Source of the DNA: Methanothrix sp.
GTDB taxonomy: Archaea; Halobacteriota; Methanosarcinia; Methanotrichales; Methanotrichaceae
Length of the DNA: 64,000 nucleotides
Assembly (NCBI GenBank): GCA_037128175.1
Contig: JBAXWY010000010.1
Location: 1-64,000 of the forward strand
Direction: 5' to 3'
The translations under genes were made by a program, and so were the position numbers. Position 1 is the first letter of the stretch. Each line of letters begins with the position of its first letter. The notes under the pieces are model-generated. The model ran no database searches, was not told the origin of the DNA, and was given only the letters and a program-made list of their open reading frames with translations. Below are positions 48,005 through 57,385 of this stretch, piece by piece.

Positions 48005-49051
48005 CTAAACCTCGACGAAGTCCGACAGTCTCATCTGCCCTATTTGCCCAGATTCCATGATCCGCTTGAAGTTCTCCTCCAGGACCTTTTGTCTCTGCCT
48101 GATGATCAGTTCCACAAAGACAGCTACCATTTCCGCATATCTCTTTTCATTGCCGTGCCTGAGGGCCTGGAGATGCTCGGCTCGGTCCTTTCCTAAGAAT
48201 AGCAGTTTCGGGTAAGGCGGCTTGCTTCTCATGAGCAGATAGTTGAACAGCTCCCGGCCCACCCGTCCGTTGCCATCGGTGAAGGGATGAATCATCTCAA
48301 AATGGTAGTGAAATAGCACCGCCTCCTCAAAAGGATGGGCTCCTGCCCACACATTATTATAATAATCTTCAATTATCTTTTCCAGCTCATCCTCAATCTC
48401 AAACGATGGCGTAAGTACCTGGTCACAGACGCTTATGCCGATAAGATCGGTGCGACGGAAGGTGCCTGCTGATTCGTGGTCGATATTGTTCATGATCAAG
48501 GTGTGCAGGCCCTTGATGTAGCGTTGACTCAGTGGACCACGATGCCTATTCCTGTAGTCTATAACCCTTCGGAAATTCTGGACCTCGTTGATCTCTCGCA
48601 GGCTCTTTTTTCCGGGCAGGAGACCACCATAAAGAAGGTCGCGGGTATCTCCTAAAGTTAAGGTGTTCCCCTCGATGGCTGTTGTGCCCTGCACGTAATT
48701 TATCTCGAATTCCTCTTCGTACTTTCTCTTTTCATCAGTTGTTAGAATCTCAGTGAAGGCTTTGTAGGTATAACGCATCAGTTCCAGCCGCTCTGACATC
48801 CCTTCACCGAGATATCTGGTGGAGTATCTGGCGCAGCTCAGGCGCGAGGCCTTCTCCACTGCGTTAGTCTCGATCTCCAGCGCCAGACTTATACTCAGGC
48901 TTTTCAGTTCTCCTGGCGAAAGAGCAGAGCTACCAATATACTTTCTGACCTTGGCGTTTTTCTTGCCTATTTTTATGTCTTTGACCAGATAGTATTTCTC
49001 CGCACCATCTTTGCATATCTGTCTTTCCAGGCGATAACTGCTTTGCAGCAC
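48005..49051 (-). CDS. Fic-domain protein
   Basis: HPFTDGNGRVGR Fic motif; TTAIEGN inhibitory-helix motif. Confidence 0.9.
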   Translation of the reverse strand: MLQSSYRLERQICKDGAEKYYLVKDIKIGKKNAKVRKYIGSSALSPGELKSLSISLALEIETNAVEKASRLSCARYSTRYLGEGMSERLELMRYTYKAFTEILTTDEKRKYEEEFEINYVQGTTAIEGNTLTLGDTRDLLYGGLLPGKKSLREINEVQNFRRVIDYRNRHRGPLSQRYIKGLHTLIMNNIDHESAGTFRRTDLIGISVCDQVLTPSFEIEDELEKIIEDYYNNVWAGAHPFEEAVLFHYHFEMIHPFTDGNGRVGRELFNYLLMRSKPPYPKLLFLGKDRAEHLQALRHGNEKRYAEMVAVFVELIIRQRQKVLEENFKRIMESGQIGQMRLSDFVEV

Positions 49052-49280
49052 AGAATATGTAGATGATTTATACCTTTATCAATTTTTCCCAAAAAAAGTC
49101 GTCATTCGACTTTTCATCCCGGATGTAGCGCATTGCTCAGAATTCCGGCGACCTTTTCGCAAGGCGACCGGCTCCCGCCCGCTGGCCCGAGGGCCGCCTG
49201 GCCGAGAGGCTGCCCCGAGCGCACGCACGCGAGCGGGCCCGGTCGGGCGTGCTGGAGGTGCAGATCCAGCGATTGATTTT

Positions 49281-49380
49281 TCATTTCGTTTTTCCAATGG
49301 ACTTCACGAAGTGAATGTATTCTTCGGCCTTTATCCCGGCGCTTTCCAGGGCTTCAATTGTCCTGGGATCGCAAAGTAGC
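49281..49380 (-). pseudogene. C-terminal stub of the RelE-type toxin (third copy)
   Basis: LLCDPRTIEALESAGIKAEEYIHFVKSIGKTK*, near-identical to the tails at 43376 and 45841. Confidence 0.75.
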
Positions 49381-49662
49381 CACGTGCGCTGAAAGGATTT
49401 AACTCTTGTTTCGGATCGTAACAAGTTGCCGACAAATGCATTAGCCAGCCCTGGGCGGCCTCTCAGCATGCGGCCCCAGACTCACGAGCTAGGGGGGCAC
49501 GGGCACTTGGGCCCGCCGGGGCTCAGGCAGGGGCGATCTTGATTACCTTATCCCAGTTTGCACGCACTAATTGGAGCTAGGATAGCCCGTAAAACCCTTG
49601 ACGAAGGCGACATTCGCTTCTGTGGTCCTTCCAAGGGCGTTGAGAGTAATGCCTTTGTTGTA

Positions 49663-50418
49663 TCAGAGAGAGGTTGTGATTTTCACTGCTGAGTCGACCA
49701 CCACGCCATTCTTGGATAGTTCTACATAGATCTTATTTCCATCGATGTCGATAGACTTGATAACCAATTCATATCCTTCTTCTAACATCAGTGGGGTGCC
49801 ACAGGTGATAGTTCTCCTAAAAGAATCGTTGATGACTACCAGAGATGTATCTGTGTCTGATACCTGCCAAATTTGATCTACAGTGGCCAAATTCTGATTA
49901 GCTCCACGAAAAGCATTTTTGAAATGAACCTTGATTACTTCGACATCTTTAGCATTACCGATATCTTTCGCAAAAGTATAAATGTCGTCTACTTTCTGAG
50001 AGGTTATGATCACTGCTGAGTCGATCACCGCTTCATTCCTGGATAGTTCTACATAGACCTTATTTCCATCGATGTCGATAGACTTGAACGCCAATTCATA
50101 TCCATCTCCCAGCTTCAGAGATGTACCCTCAGTGATTGTCATATTATGAGAATTGTTAACAATCACATGAGAAGGATCTGATTCAGATACCTGCCAAATT
50201 TGATCTACAGTGGCCAAATTCTGATCAGCTCCACGAAAAGCATTTTTAAAATGGACCTCGATTACTTCAACGCCTTTGGCATTACCAATATCTTTGACGA
50301 AAGTATAAGTGGCAGGATCATTGAAGTTGATAATATCATCGGGCGTTATGTTTTGAGAAGAGGCCATACCAATTGGAATCAGCATCATCAACATTATCAA
50401 GATATGTGCCATTTTCAT
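49663..50418 (-). CDS. S-layer-domain protein with an internal tandem duplication
   Basis: Signal peptide; two repeats of about 110 aa (KDIGNAK..HFKNAFRGA.QNLATVDQIWQVS..SIDIDGNK.YVELS..DSAV). Confidence 0.75.
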   Translation of the reverse strand: MKMAHILIMLMMLIPIGMASSQNITPDDIINFNDPATYTFVKDIGNAKGVEVIEVHFKNAFRGADQNLATVDQIWQVSESDPSHVIVNNSHNMTITEGTSLKLGDGYELAFKSIDIDGNKVYVELSRNEAVIDSAVIITSQKVDDIYTFAKDIGNAKDVEVIKVHFKNAFRGANQNLATVDQIWQVSDTDTSLVVINDSFRRTITCGTPLMLEEGYELVIKSIDIDGNKIYVELSKNGVVVDSAVKITTSL

Positions 50419-50504
50419 GATCCTCTCTTTAGTGTTTAGAGAGATACATCTTTCGGAGGATTCTCGCTATATTATTCGAATAAAATAAAATTGTAGATTA
50501 GAGC

Positions 50505-51695
50505 TCAGTAAGTGCTGAGCTCTCCTCTAAACAGCATCTGCTGCAACTTGGGAATATTGGCCAGCCAATCGTCCAAAATCTCCGTGGCCCCCGCCTCCAG
50601 GTTCTTCATGTCCACGCCCTCTTTGGGCACGATCTGCACGCTGGCGATATGCGGCTCGTCGATGGGCTTGCCGATCTGCGAGAGCATTTTGATGTAGACC
50701 TCTTCAATGCCCTGCACCTCGGCGGCTATCTGCCGGGCTGCCTCCGTGGAGAGAAGGTTGTAGATCTTGCCCACATGGTTGATGGGATTCTTGCCGCAGG
50801 TGGCCTCCAGGCTCATGGGCCGATTAGGCGTGATCATGCCGTTAGCCCGGTTGCCCCGGCCTACAGCTCCATCGTCTCCCATCTCGGCGGATGTGCCGGT
50901 GACAGTGATGTAGACCGATCCCTGCTCGATGTTGTCGGCCACATTCATCTGCGCGTTTACTTTTCGCGACGTGAACTCTTTGGCGTACTGAACGATATGA
51001 TCCACGATGGCGCTCTTCGTGTCCACATACTCCTTGAGGTTCGCGACATGCCGATCAACCATGGCGCAGGCAATGGTCAGATTGATGACATCTCCCTGAC
51101 GCATGCCCATGACCTTGATATCTTCACCAATGGCCGGAACGCTATTCTTGAGCCTCATCAATTCACGCTCGGTATTGAAGACGATGTTCTCCGTTTCGGA
51201 GAGAGGCGCATATCCCACGCCAAAAGATGTGTCGTTGGCAGAAGGGACCTTGCGGCCGAATACGTCCCGCAGGTCGGATGAGCCCATGCCGATCTTGGCA
51301 TCAAGGATGACGTGATTGTTGACGTCCAGGTTGGAGAGCGATTCGCTCAAGAGCTTTCTCCCTGCCTTGATGGCGATGGTGTCCACCGGAATCTCCACTT
51401 CCTTGAAGACCCTGGTGGCACGGCCCGTGAGAAGAATGTAAAGAGGGCAGATGACCTCGCCGCCTCCAAAAGCGGGCTTGGACCGACCGGCTACGATCTG
51501 CGTCTTGTCGGTGTTGTGATGCAGGACCGCTCCAAATCTATCAAGGTATTCCTGGCAAAGGGCCCGGCTGATGGACTCAGCGAGGCCGTCCGCCACGCTG
51601 TCCGGGTGTCCAATGCCCTTGCGCTCTACCAGCTCGATTTCCTGTTGCTCCAACGGTCTTTGATTGAGGCGTTCAACCTTGATATTTCTCTTCAT
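50505..51695 (-). CDS. mat: S-adenosylmethionine synthetase (archaeal type)
   Basis: [34 protein letters not shown] and [13 protein letters not shown]. Confidence 0.95.
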   Translation of the reverse strand: MKRNIKVERLNQRPLEQQEIELVERKGIGHPDSVADGLAESISRALCQEYLDRFGAVLHHNTDKTQIVAGRSKPAFGGGEVICPLYILLTGRATRVFKEVEIPVDTIAIKAGRKLLSESLSNLDVNNHVILDAKIGMGSSDLRDVFGRKVPSANDTSFGVGYAPLSETENIVFNTERELMRLKNSVPAIGEDIKVMGMRQGDVINLTIACAMVDRHVANLKEYVDTKSAIVDHIVQYAKEFTSRKVNAQMNVADNIEQGSVYITVTGTSAEMGDDGAVGRGNRANGMITPNRPMSLEATCGKNPINHVGKIYNLLSTEAARQIAAEVQGIEEVYIKMLSQIGKPIDEPHIASVQIVPKEGVDMKNLEAGATEILDDWLANIPKLQQMLFRGELSTY

Positions 51696-51759
51696 GACCA
51701 ATCCTCAGAATATGATGAAATCCAAGATCTTATTAAGGCTTTGCAATTGCTTTGCACGA

Positions 51760-52551
51760 TTATTGCGTGAGTCCAACGCGCCACTTTAGCATCCGGTCCT
51801 CCACTACATAGCGGAAGGTGCGATCGATGGCCAGGCCCAGCAGACCCAGCACAATCATGTACATGAATACCTCATCCATGCGGTAATGGCCGTAAGAGTC
51901 CCATATCTTGAATCCGAGACCATTCTTGCTCACCCCGAACATCTCGGCAGCCACAAGACACATCCAGGCAATTCCCATAGCAATCCTTATGCCGGCAGCG
52001 ATGGAGGGCAAAGCGTAAGGCAGAGCGACATATCTGATCAGATCGCTATCCTTAGTTGCGCCCAAAACTTTCGCCGATTCGACATACACCCGGGGCAGGC
52101 TCTTAAAACCCAAATAGGTGTTGATCAAGATGGGAAAGACAGCTCCTATGAAGATAATAAAACCTGCTGCGATGTTGGTTATGCCAAACCAGATTATAGC
52201 AAATGGAATCCAGGCCAATGGCGGTATGGGACGCAAGATCTCAACAATGGGATCCAAAATATTGTCAAAAAGCTTGAACCATCCCATGATCATTCCGACT
52301 GGTAGAGCAATTATCAGACCGCCCGCCATGCCGATGGCAAAATGAAGCGAGCTTACCGGCAGGTCCTCGGTGAGAATCGACCACCAGTTATCCATAAAAG
52401 CGGCTATTACCTGGAAAAAACTGGGCAACGTCAATTGGTCATTGACCAGAAAGGCAGCAGTCTGCCAGATTGCTATCAATCCAAAAATAGAAAGGGCGGA
52501 AATGCCCTGATTTCTCAGGACATTCAAGGTCCTACTGACTTTTCTCTGCAC
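51760..52551 (-). CDS. NitT/TauT (SsuC-like) ABC permease
   Basis: LRPIPPLAWIP; ESAKVLGA; LVAAEM. Confidence 0.9.
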   Translation of the reverse strand: MQRKVSRTLNVLRNQGISALSIFGLIAIWQTAAFLVNDQLTLPSFFQVIAAFMDNWWSILTEDLPVSSLHFAIGMAGGLIIALPVGMIMGWFKLFDNILDPIVEILRPIPPLAWIPFAIIWFGITNIAAGFIIFIGAVFPILINTYLGFKSLPRVYVESAKVLGATKDSDLIRYVALPYALPSIAAGIRIAMGIAWMCLVAAEMFGVSKNGLGFKIWDSYGHYRMDEVFMYMIVLGLLGLAIDRTFRYVVEDRMLKWRVGLTQ

Positions 52552-53560
52552 CTAACACCTTCTCATAGAGGCTGGTATCAAAGAGATCCTTCTCGGTCAG
52601 CTCCCTCTTAGTATACTTCATCTCGTAGTCGACTTTTGCGTACTCGACAGTCGAGGGCACCTGAACGTGCGGATCGCTGACCCACTTGCCATCCCAGTTC
52701 TTTACGGAATACTGTATTTCCGTGATGTTTGCTTTGGTCTTCTTGGCGTATATCTGTGCGGCCTCTTCTGGGTTTGCATTGATGTAGTCGGTCGCCTTGA
52801 TATGAGTCTTGATGATCTGCTCTACCAATTCCGGCTGCTCTTTGATGAGCTTGTCCGTGACCACCAGGCTGCAACAGGCGTGGTTCGGCCACATCTCGCC
52901 CGAAGCTACTGCATGTTTGCCCTTGCCTTTCAGCACAATTATGGAAGGCGCAGGATGCGGCAGGAAGACACCATCGATCTTGCCTGCGGACAGAGCACTG
53001 ATCGCAGGTCCCGGGTCCATGGCTTTAATATCGACCTGTGAGACATCCACCCCCTTTTCCATAAGCCATTTCTTCATGACTGTGTCCTGAATAGATCCGG
53101 GCGGGAATGTGCCTATAGTTAGGCCAGCTAGCGAAGCGGGTCCATTGTAGACCAGATCCGATCTCAGGACCAAATCCGAGCCGTTGATGTTGACGGCAGC
53201 CACTATCTTGGCGGGCAGTCCCGCTGCTATGGCAGAAATGGGCGGCGCGGTTCCCACATAAGCCATGTCCAGTTCTCCGGCGACCATGGCTTGCATCTCC
53301 GGAACTCCTGTGGGGAACTCAAACTCCTTGATATTGGTTATGCCGAAGGGCTTTAGATCTTCAGCCCACCAGCCCTTTTCTGAAGCGACCATCTCTGCGA
53401 TCTGATGGGTACTGGGCTGGTACCCTATGCGCAGGGTAGAAATCTTGCCGGACATATTCTCTTGGAGGGAGACATTCTCCTTCTTCTCCGGAGCAGAGAT
53501 GCAGCCCAGCGACATAACTACCACAGCCGCCAGAATGGCCATAATTATGAATTTCTTCAA
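52532..53560 (-). CDS. NitT/TauT (SsuA-like) ABC substrate-binding lipoprotein
   Basis: Lipobox SLGC; LRIGYQP; AGELDMAYVG; GSIQD. Confidence 0.85.
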   Translation of the reverse strand: MKKFIIMAILAAVVVMSLGCISAPEKKENVSLQENMSGKISTLRIGYQPSTHQIAEMVASEKGWWAEDLKPFGITNIKEFEFPTGVPEMQAMVAGELDMAYVGTAPPISAIAAGLPAKIVAAVNINGSDLVLRSDLVYNGPASLAGLTIGTFPPGSIQDTVMKKWLMEKGVDVSQVDIKAMDPGPAISALSAGKIDGVFLPHPAPSIIVLKGKGKHAVASGEMWPNHACCSLVVTDKLIKEQPELVEQIIKTHIKATDYINANPEEAAQIYAKKTKANITEIQYSVKNWDGKWVSDPHVQVPSTVEYAKVDYEMKYTKRELTEKDLFDTSLYEKVLGAEKSQ

Positions 53561-53741
53561 ATGCGATCACCTGAGTTATCGACTTTGCCAGACCCCAGAG
53601 AACGATCGGTATAAAGCTGTTTCCAGCCACAAGGCATTATTTTCACATAATGGATAATATGCAGAGATAATCCCACAATAGTATTAATAGGGGCGGACGT
53701 CGGGCGAAAAGCGTTTCTAGAAATAGATTAGTGCCAATCCA

Positions 53742-55022
53742 ATGGTTGGATCTTATTCGGATATATTGAAAAAGGTTATGCAGGGCGAGGCTGTCGTTAT
53801 CACGGCGGAGGAAGTAGCCGAGCTGGTAGAATCAGGCAAATCGTCCCGGCTCTCCGAGGTCGACGTTGTAACTACTGCCACCCGAGCCGTGATGAGCGGC
53901 ACCTACGCCGTCCTCTCCTTTCCCGTGGCCAAGCCGGCGTCGTTTCTCCGGGCCAGGAGAGTCTGGATCAACGGCATAGCCGCACAGGTCGGGCCCTGTC
54001 CCAACGAGAACCTGGGCGTATTGGATTTGATCGTCCTGGGAACGGCCCACAGCCTGGATCGGCAAAATTACGGGGGAGGCCACCTCTTTCGTGATCTGGT
54101 GGAGAGAAAGAAAGTTCACGTCGATGTGGAGACAGATGATGGACGCCGCCTGCAGGCAGATGTCGGACTGGATGAGATGCCCTATGCCCGGCTCTTTGCA
54201 TCGCGCCATGCCTTCAAGAACTACTCGGCCTTCGTTAATGCGGGAGCGGAGCCGGTTGGCACCATCTTTCACTCCCGCGGCTTTGCCCCCCACTGCCGGG
54301 AGGCGACATTCTCCGGCTGCGGCCAGATAAACCCTCTAAAAAATGATCCTTTTTTGGAGAGCATCGGCATAGGAACACGCATTCTCATGAACGGCGCCGA
54401 GGGCTTCGTTATGGGCACAGGCACCAGGAGCAGCAAAGAGCGGCCCAATCTGTCCGGCTTTGCCGATATGCACAAAATGGTGCCGGAGTTGATGGGCGGC
54501 TTTGTCACCTCCGCCGGCCCGGAGTGCATCTGCTCCTGGGCCGTTCCCATACCAGTTATCAGCAAGACCATTCTGGAGGAGATTGCCCGGCCGGACAGAG
54601 ACATTGCATTGCCCGTAAACGATGTCAACAGCAGGACGGTCATCGGCCAGGCCGACTACGGCGATGTCTGGACGAATGTGGACCTGGGTGTGGAGTTTGA
54701 ACCAGAGAACTGCTCGGGCTGCAACCCTTGCCTGGTGGAAGAAGCATGCCCCATGAGGGCGGTAAAGAGCGAAGGGGGCAGAATCTGCAGGGATGGGGCT
54801 TTGTGCTTTCACTGCGGCCTGTGCGTGAGCGTTTGTCCGGGCGAGGTATTCCGGTGTCGCATGGGGGCCATCCGGCTGAAGAGGGACGGGGCAGCCGTTC
54901 GAAGCATCCCAGTGGTGCTGCGTCAGTCGGATCGGCTCCGGGCGGAAAAGCAGGCAGCAGAGCTGAAGAAACGCATCCTGGATGGCACTTTTAAGATGAT
55001 GGAGCCTGTCGGGCGCATTTAA
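53742..55022 (+). CDS. Methanogenesis marker 16 metalloprotein (DUF39 plus ferredoxin; probable CoM synthase)
   Basis: VDVVTTAT..MSGT, GPCPNE, YGGGHLF and GTRSS; C-terminal CxxCxxC..CP and CxxCxxCxxxCP; LRQSDR. Confidence 0.85.
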   Translation: MVGSYSDILKKVMQGEAVVITAEEVAELVESGKSSRLSEVDVVTTATRAVMSGTYAVLSFPVAKPASFLRARRVWINGIAAQVGPCPNENLGVLDLIVLGTAHSLDRQNYGGGHLFRDLVERKKVHVDVETDDGRRLQADVGLDEMPYARLFASRHAFKNYSAFVNAGAEPVGTIFHSRGFAPHCREATFSGCGQINPLKNDPFLESIGIGTRILMNGAEGFVMGTGTRSSKERPNLSGFADMHKMVPELMGGFVTSAGPECICSWAVPIPVISKTILEEIARPDRDIALPVNDVNSRTVIGQADYGDVWTNVDLGVEFEPENCSGCNPCLVEEACPMRAVKSEGGRICRDGALCFHCGLCVSVCPGEVFRCRMGAIRLKRDGAAVRSIPVVLRQSDRLRAEKQAAELKKRILDGTFKMMEPVGRI

Positions 55023-55061
55023 CGAGTCTCTCAAGAAAATGCATGCGATTGGAGGTGTCTT

Positions 55062-55126
55062 CTTCGCGGCTTCGCGTGAGATTCAACCGGGTCCGGTTTC
55101 ACGCGAAGGCGCGAAGCCGCGAAGTC
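55062..55126. repeat. REP-like palindrome between convergent genes; overlaps the comE 3' end
   Basis: CTTCGCGGCTTCGCGTGAGA..TTTCACGCGAAGGCGCGAAGCCGCGAAG. Confidence 0.75.
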
Positions 55127-55662
55127 CTGATGAACCTCTCGATGATCTCCTTCGGCGAGAGGCCGATGATGGGGACTGGGGCGTTGCCCCCCTCTACCTT
55201 TACTATTACTACTACTTCATGACCTAGCAAGGCCGGAGCCAAGTCCTCGGCCCGCTCGACCAGGCCCACCTTCTTGACGCCGGCCGCTTTCGCCAAGGCA
55301 AAAAGGTCAGTGCCTAGATGAGTGCAGGTGGGCTGCGATCCGGTAGAGCCGTAGCAGCCGTTGTCCAGGATCACCAGCAGATAATTCTGGGGCGCATAAT
55401 GAGCGATGGTGGCCAGCGTCCCCAGGTTCATGAGCACCGAGCCGTCTCCGTCCAGGACCATTACCTTTCTTTCCGCACAAGCCAGGGCCAGGCCCAGGCC
55501 AATGGAGGAGGCGAGCCCCATGGAGCCAAGCATGTAGAAGTTTTCCGGGCGATCTTTAACCGAGAAAAGCTCCCGGCTGGGAAAGCCGATGTTGCAAATC
55601 AGCAGGGCCTTCTGGGCCGCAGCCGCCTCTGCTGCTAGGGCAATGGCCTCAATGCGCTTCAT
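55099..55662 (-). CDS. comE: Sulfopyruvate decarboxylase beta subunit
   Basis: CNIGFPSREL, FYMLGSMG and the TPP motif DGDGSVLMN..DNG.YGSTG.Q. Confidence 0.9.
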   Translation of the reverse strand: MKRIEAIALAAEAAAAQKALLICNIGFPSRELFSVKDRPENFYMLGSMGLASSIGLGLALACAERKVMVLDGDGSVLMNLGTLATIAHYAPQNYLLVILDNGCYGSTGSQPTCTHLGTDLFALAKAAGVKKVGLVERAEDLAPALLGHEVVVIVKVEGGNAPVPIIGLSPKEIIERFIRTSRLRAFA

Positions 55663-56158
55663 TTTTTAGCCTCCAAAATTCCAAATCCAGCAGCACAGCC
55701 ACGGGCCTGCGGGCTGCAGCCGCCTGGCTCCAGGCCTGTGTTACCGTCTCCTCCGCTTCTGCCGGGCTGGGCTCAAAATGCGGGATAGCAATGGCTTCGA
55801 GCAGGGGCACGGTGAGCCGGCCCATGGGCACCTGACCAATAACCGGCTCGCCCACGCCACCCCGGTGGCTGATGATCATGAGCAGAGGGATGCCGTAGAG
55901 GATGTTCAGCGACGCCAGGGCATTGATGCTGTTTCCCAGGCCCGAGTTTTGCATTAGCATTGCAGGCCTGCGGCCTGCCATCCAGGCCCCTGCGCATATT
56001 CCCACCCCCTCCTCCTCGCGGGTGACAGGCACGTGGATGATCTCCGGGTCGCCACTTACCAGAGCGAGCAGCTCCTGTAGGTTGACGCAGGGCACAGAGG
56101 TCGCGAAGTTGATGCCGGCGCGCTTCATGCCCAGATAGACAGCGAGGCTGGGATTCAT
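55649..56158 (-). CDS. comD: Sulfopyruvate decarboxylase alpha subunit
   Basis: SVPC, TREEEGVGICAG, MQNSGLGN and SHRG..Q.PMG. Confidence 0.9.
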   Translation of the reverse strand: MNPSLAVYLGMKRAGINFATSVPCVNLQELLALVSGDPEIIHVPVTREEEGVGICAGAWMAGRRPAMLMQNSGLGNSINALASLNILYGIPLLMIISHRGGVGEPVIGQVPMGRLTVPLLEAIAIPHFEPSPAEAEETVTQAWSQAAAARRPVAVLLDLEFWRLKNEAH

Positions 56159-56411
56159 TTGTATTGCCTTAATCCTGCCAGGCCAAAAATGCCTCGCTGG
56201 CCATGCGAAGAATTTTATTGAGAAAATCGTACATCTGTGTTTGGAAAATGATAAGGGGGCGAGAGGCGATAGCCAAATATCGAAGCTTCGATTGGCGAAC
56301 TTAGGCTTTCCGGTGGCTGAAAAAACCTTAAACCTGTGATAATCATCGCAGACCAGGATCATTTGGGTCCGGCCCAAAATGGTTATATCTATATTTCCCT
56401 TCTTTTTGATC

Positions 56412-56954
56412 ATGAATAAGATCTCAAAATTCGTGGCGCTTCTCGGCATCTTCTTATTGCTGACCTTCGTTGCCAACTCTCAGATGAACCGGGACAGCCC
56501 CTTCTTAGGAAGCAAGCTTCCCAGGACCGATGATCAGAACATGATGGGCCAAGGCAGGCAGTCCGCGTCCCCTATCATGCTCTCTGAGCCCTTCAATAAT
56601 CAAGCCGTCTCCGACTTGTCGATATCCGCGGATCAGAACAATACCAACTGCAATCAAGTCTCATTCCTGCTGACATTGACTGCATCCCCCAGCGGCTCCA
56701 CCGGATATCAGCCGGTAAAGGTGAGAGTACTGGAAAACCGCCAGGGCACGCCCACCGCGGTTGCTGAACTGATTTTACTCATGCCGGTCGCGGGCGGCTC
56801 GCTGCATGAGACCATCGGCTTTTCCAGCACTACTTCCGAGATCGTTGGCAGCCGTACAAACGAGATCACTGTGACGGCAGATCCGGATAATCAAATCCCG
56901 GAGACCAATGAGAGAAATAATGGCCTGACGATTAGCGGAACCTGCCAGAGTTAG
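56412..56954 (+). CDS. Secreted protein with a CARDB-like domain
   Basis: Signal peptide; ITVTADPDNQIPETNERNN. Confidence 0.7.
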   Translation: MNKISKFVALLGIFLLLTFVANSQMNRDSPFLGSKLPRTDDQNMMGQGRQSASPIMLSEPFNNQAVSDLSISADQNNTNCNQVSFLLTLTASPSGSTGYQPVKVRVLENRQGTPTAVAELILLMPVAGGSLHETIGFSSTTSEIVGSRTNEITVTADPDNQIPETNERNNGLTISGTCQS

Positions 56955-57022
56955 GTGCAAAGATGATTTATTTTCGGAGAGAAGGGGCAGGTTAATAAGT
57001 AGTGGCTGCTTAAGATTAATGG

Positions 57023-57271
57023 ATGGAAATGTCTGAAGATGAAAAGTCCACTACAAGACAATCATTGCCGCAATTTATTCCCAAATTCAAAGGCAAGAAA
57101 GTCGTGATTCGTCTGCTCTCAGGAGGCCAACCGGTCACTGGAACTATTGACTCGTTCAACTCTTATGAGATTCTTCTCTTGACCGCGAAGGGCGAAATAT
57201 TGGTCTTCAAGCACGCCATTGCCACTATCGAGATTGTGGATGAGCCACGAGGATATAAGCCAGGCCTTTAG
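57023..57271 (+). CDS. Hfq-like (Sm-fold) RNA-binding protein
   Basis: VVIRLLSG..VTGTIDSFNSYEILL..LVFKHAIATI carries the Hfq Sm2 [YF]KHAI motif. Confidence 0.7.
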   Translation: MEMSEDEKSTTRQSLPQFIPKFKGKKVVIRLLSGGQPVTGTIDSFNSYEILLLTAKGEILVFKHAIATIEIVDEPRGYKPGL

Positions 57272-57385
57272 TTTTTTTAAAATAATATAGCTTTAGCCCC
57301 AAAATTGGGGAAAGGCCAACGGATCTAAATTTTTCATTGCTGATAGGAATATCATTATTTACTATAGGCTGCCAATGAGAACTAC

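Larger units (their letters stand above)
43111..49475. repeat. Array of GC-rich palindromic repeats separating TA/Fic cassettes
   Basis: Core GGCGACCGGCTCCCGCCCGC (0-3 mismatches) starts at 43136, 44019, 44678, 45602, 46484, 47209 and 49163. Partial units at about 43301, 45765, 47918 and 49449. Confidence 0.9.

Noticed and set aside
43111-49475. Canonical integron attC sites or a CRISPR array
   Set aside because: No RYYYAAC/GTTRRRY boxes are visible at the repeat ends and no intI is present. Spacing is gene-sized and the repeats are degenerate, so it is kept only as integron-like.
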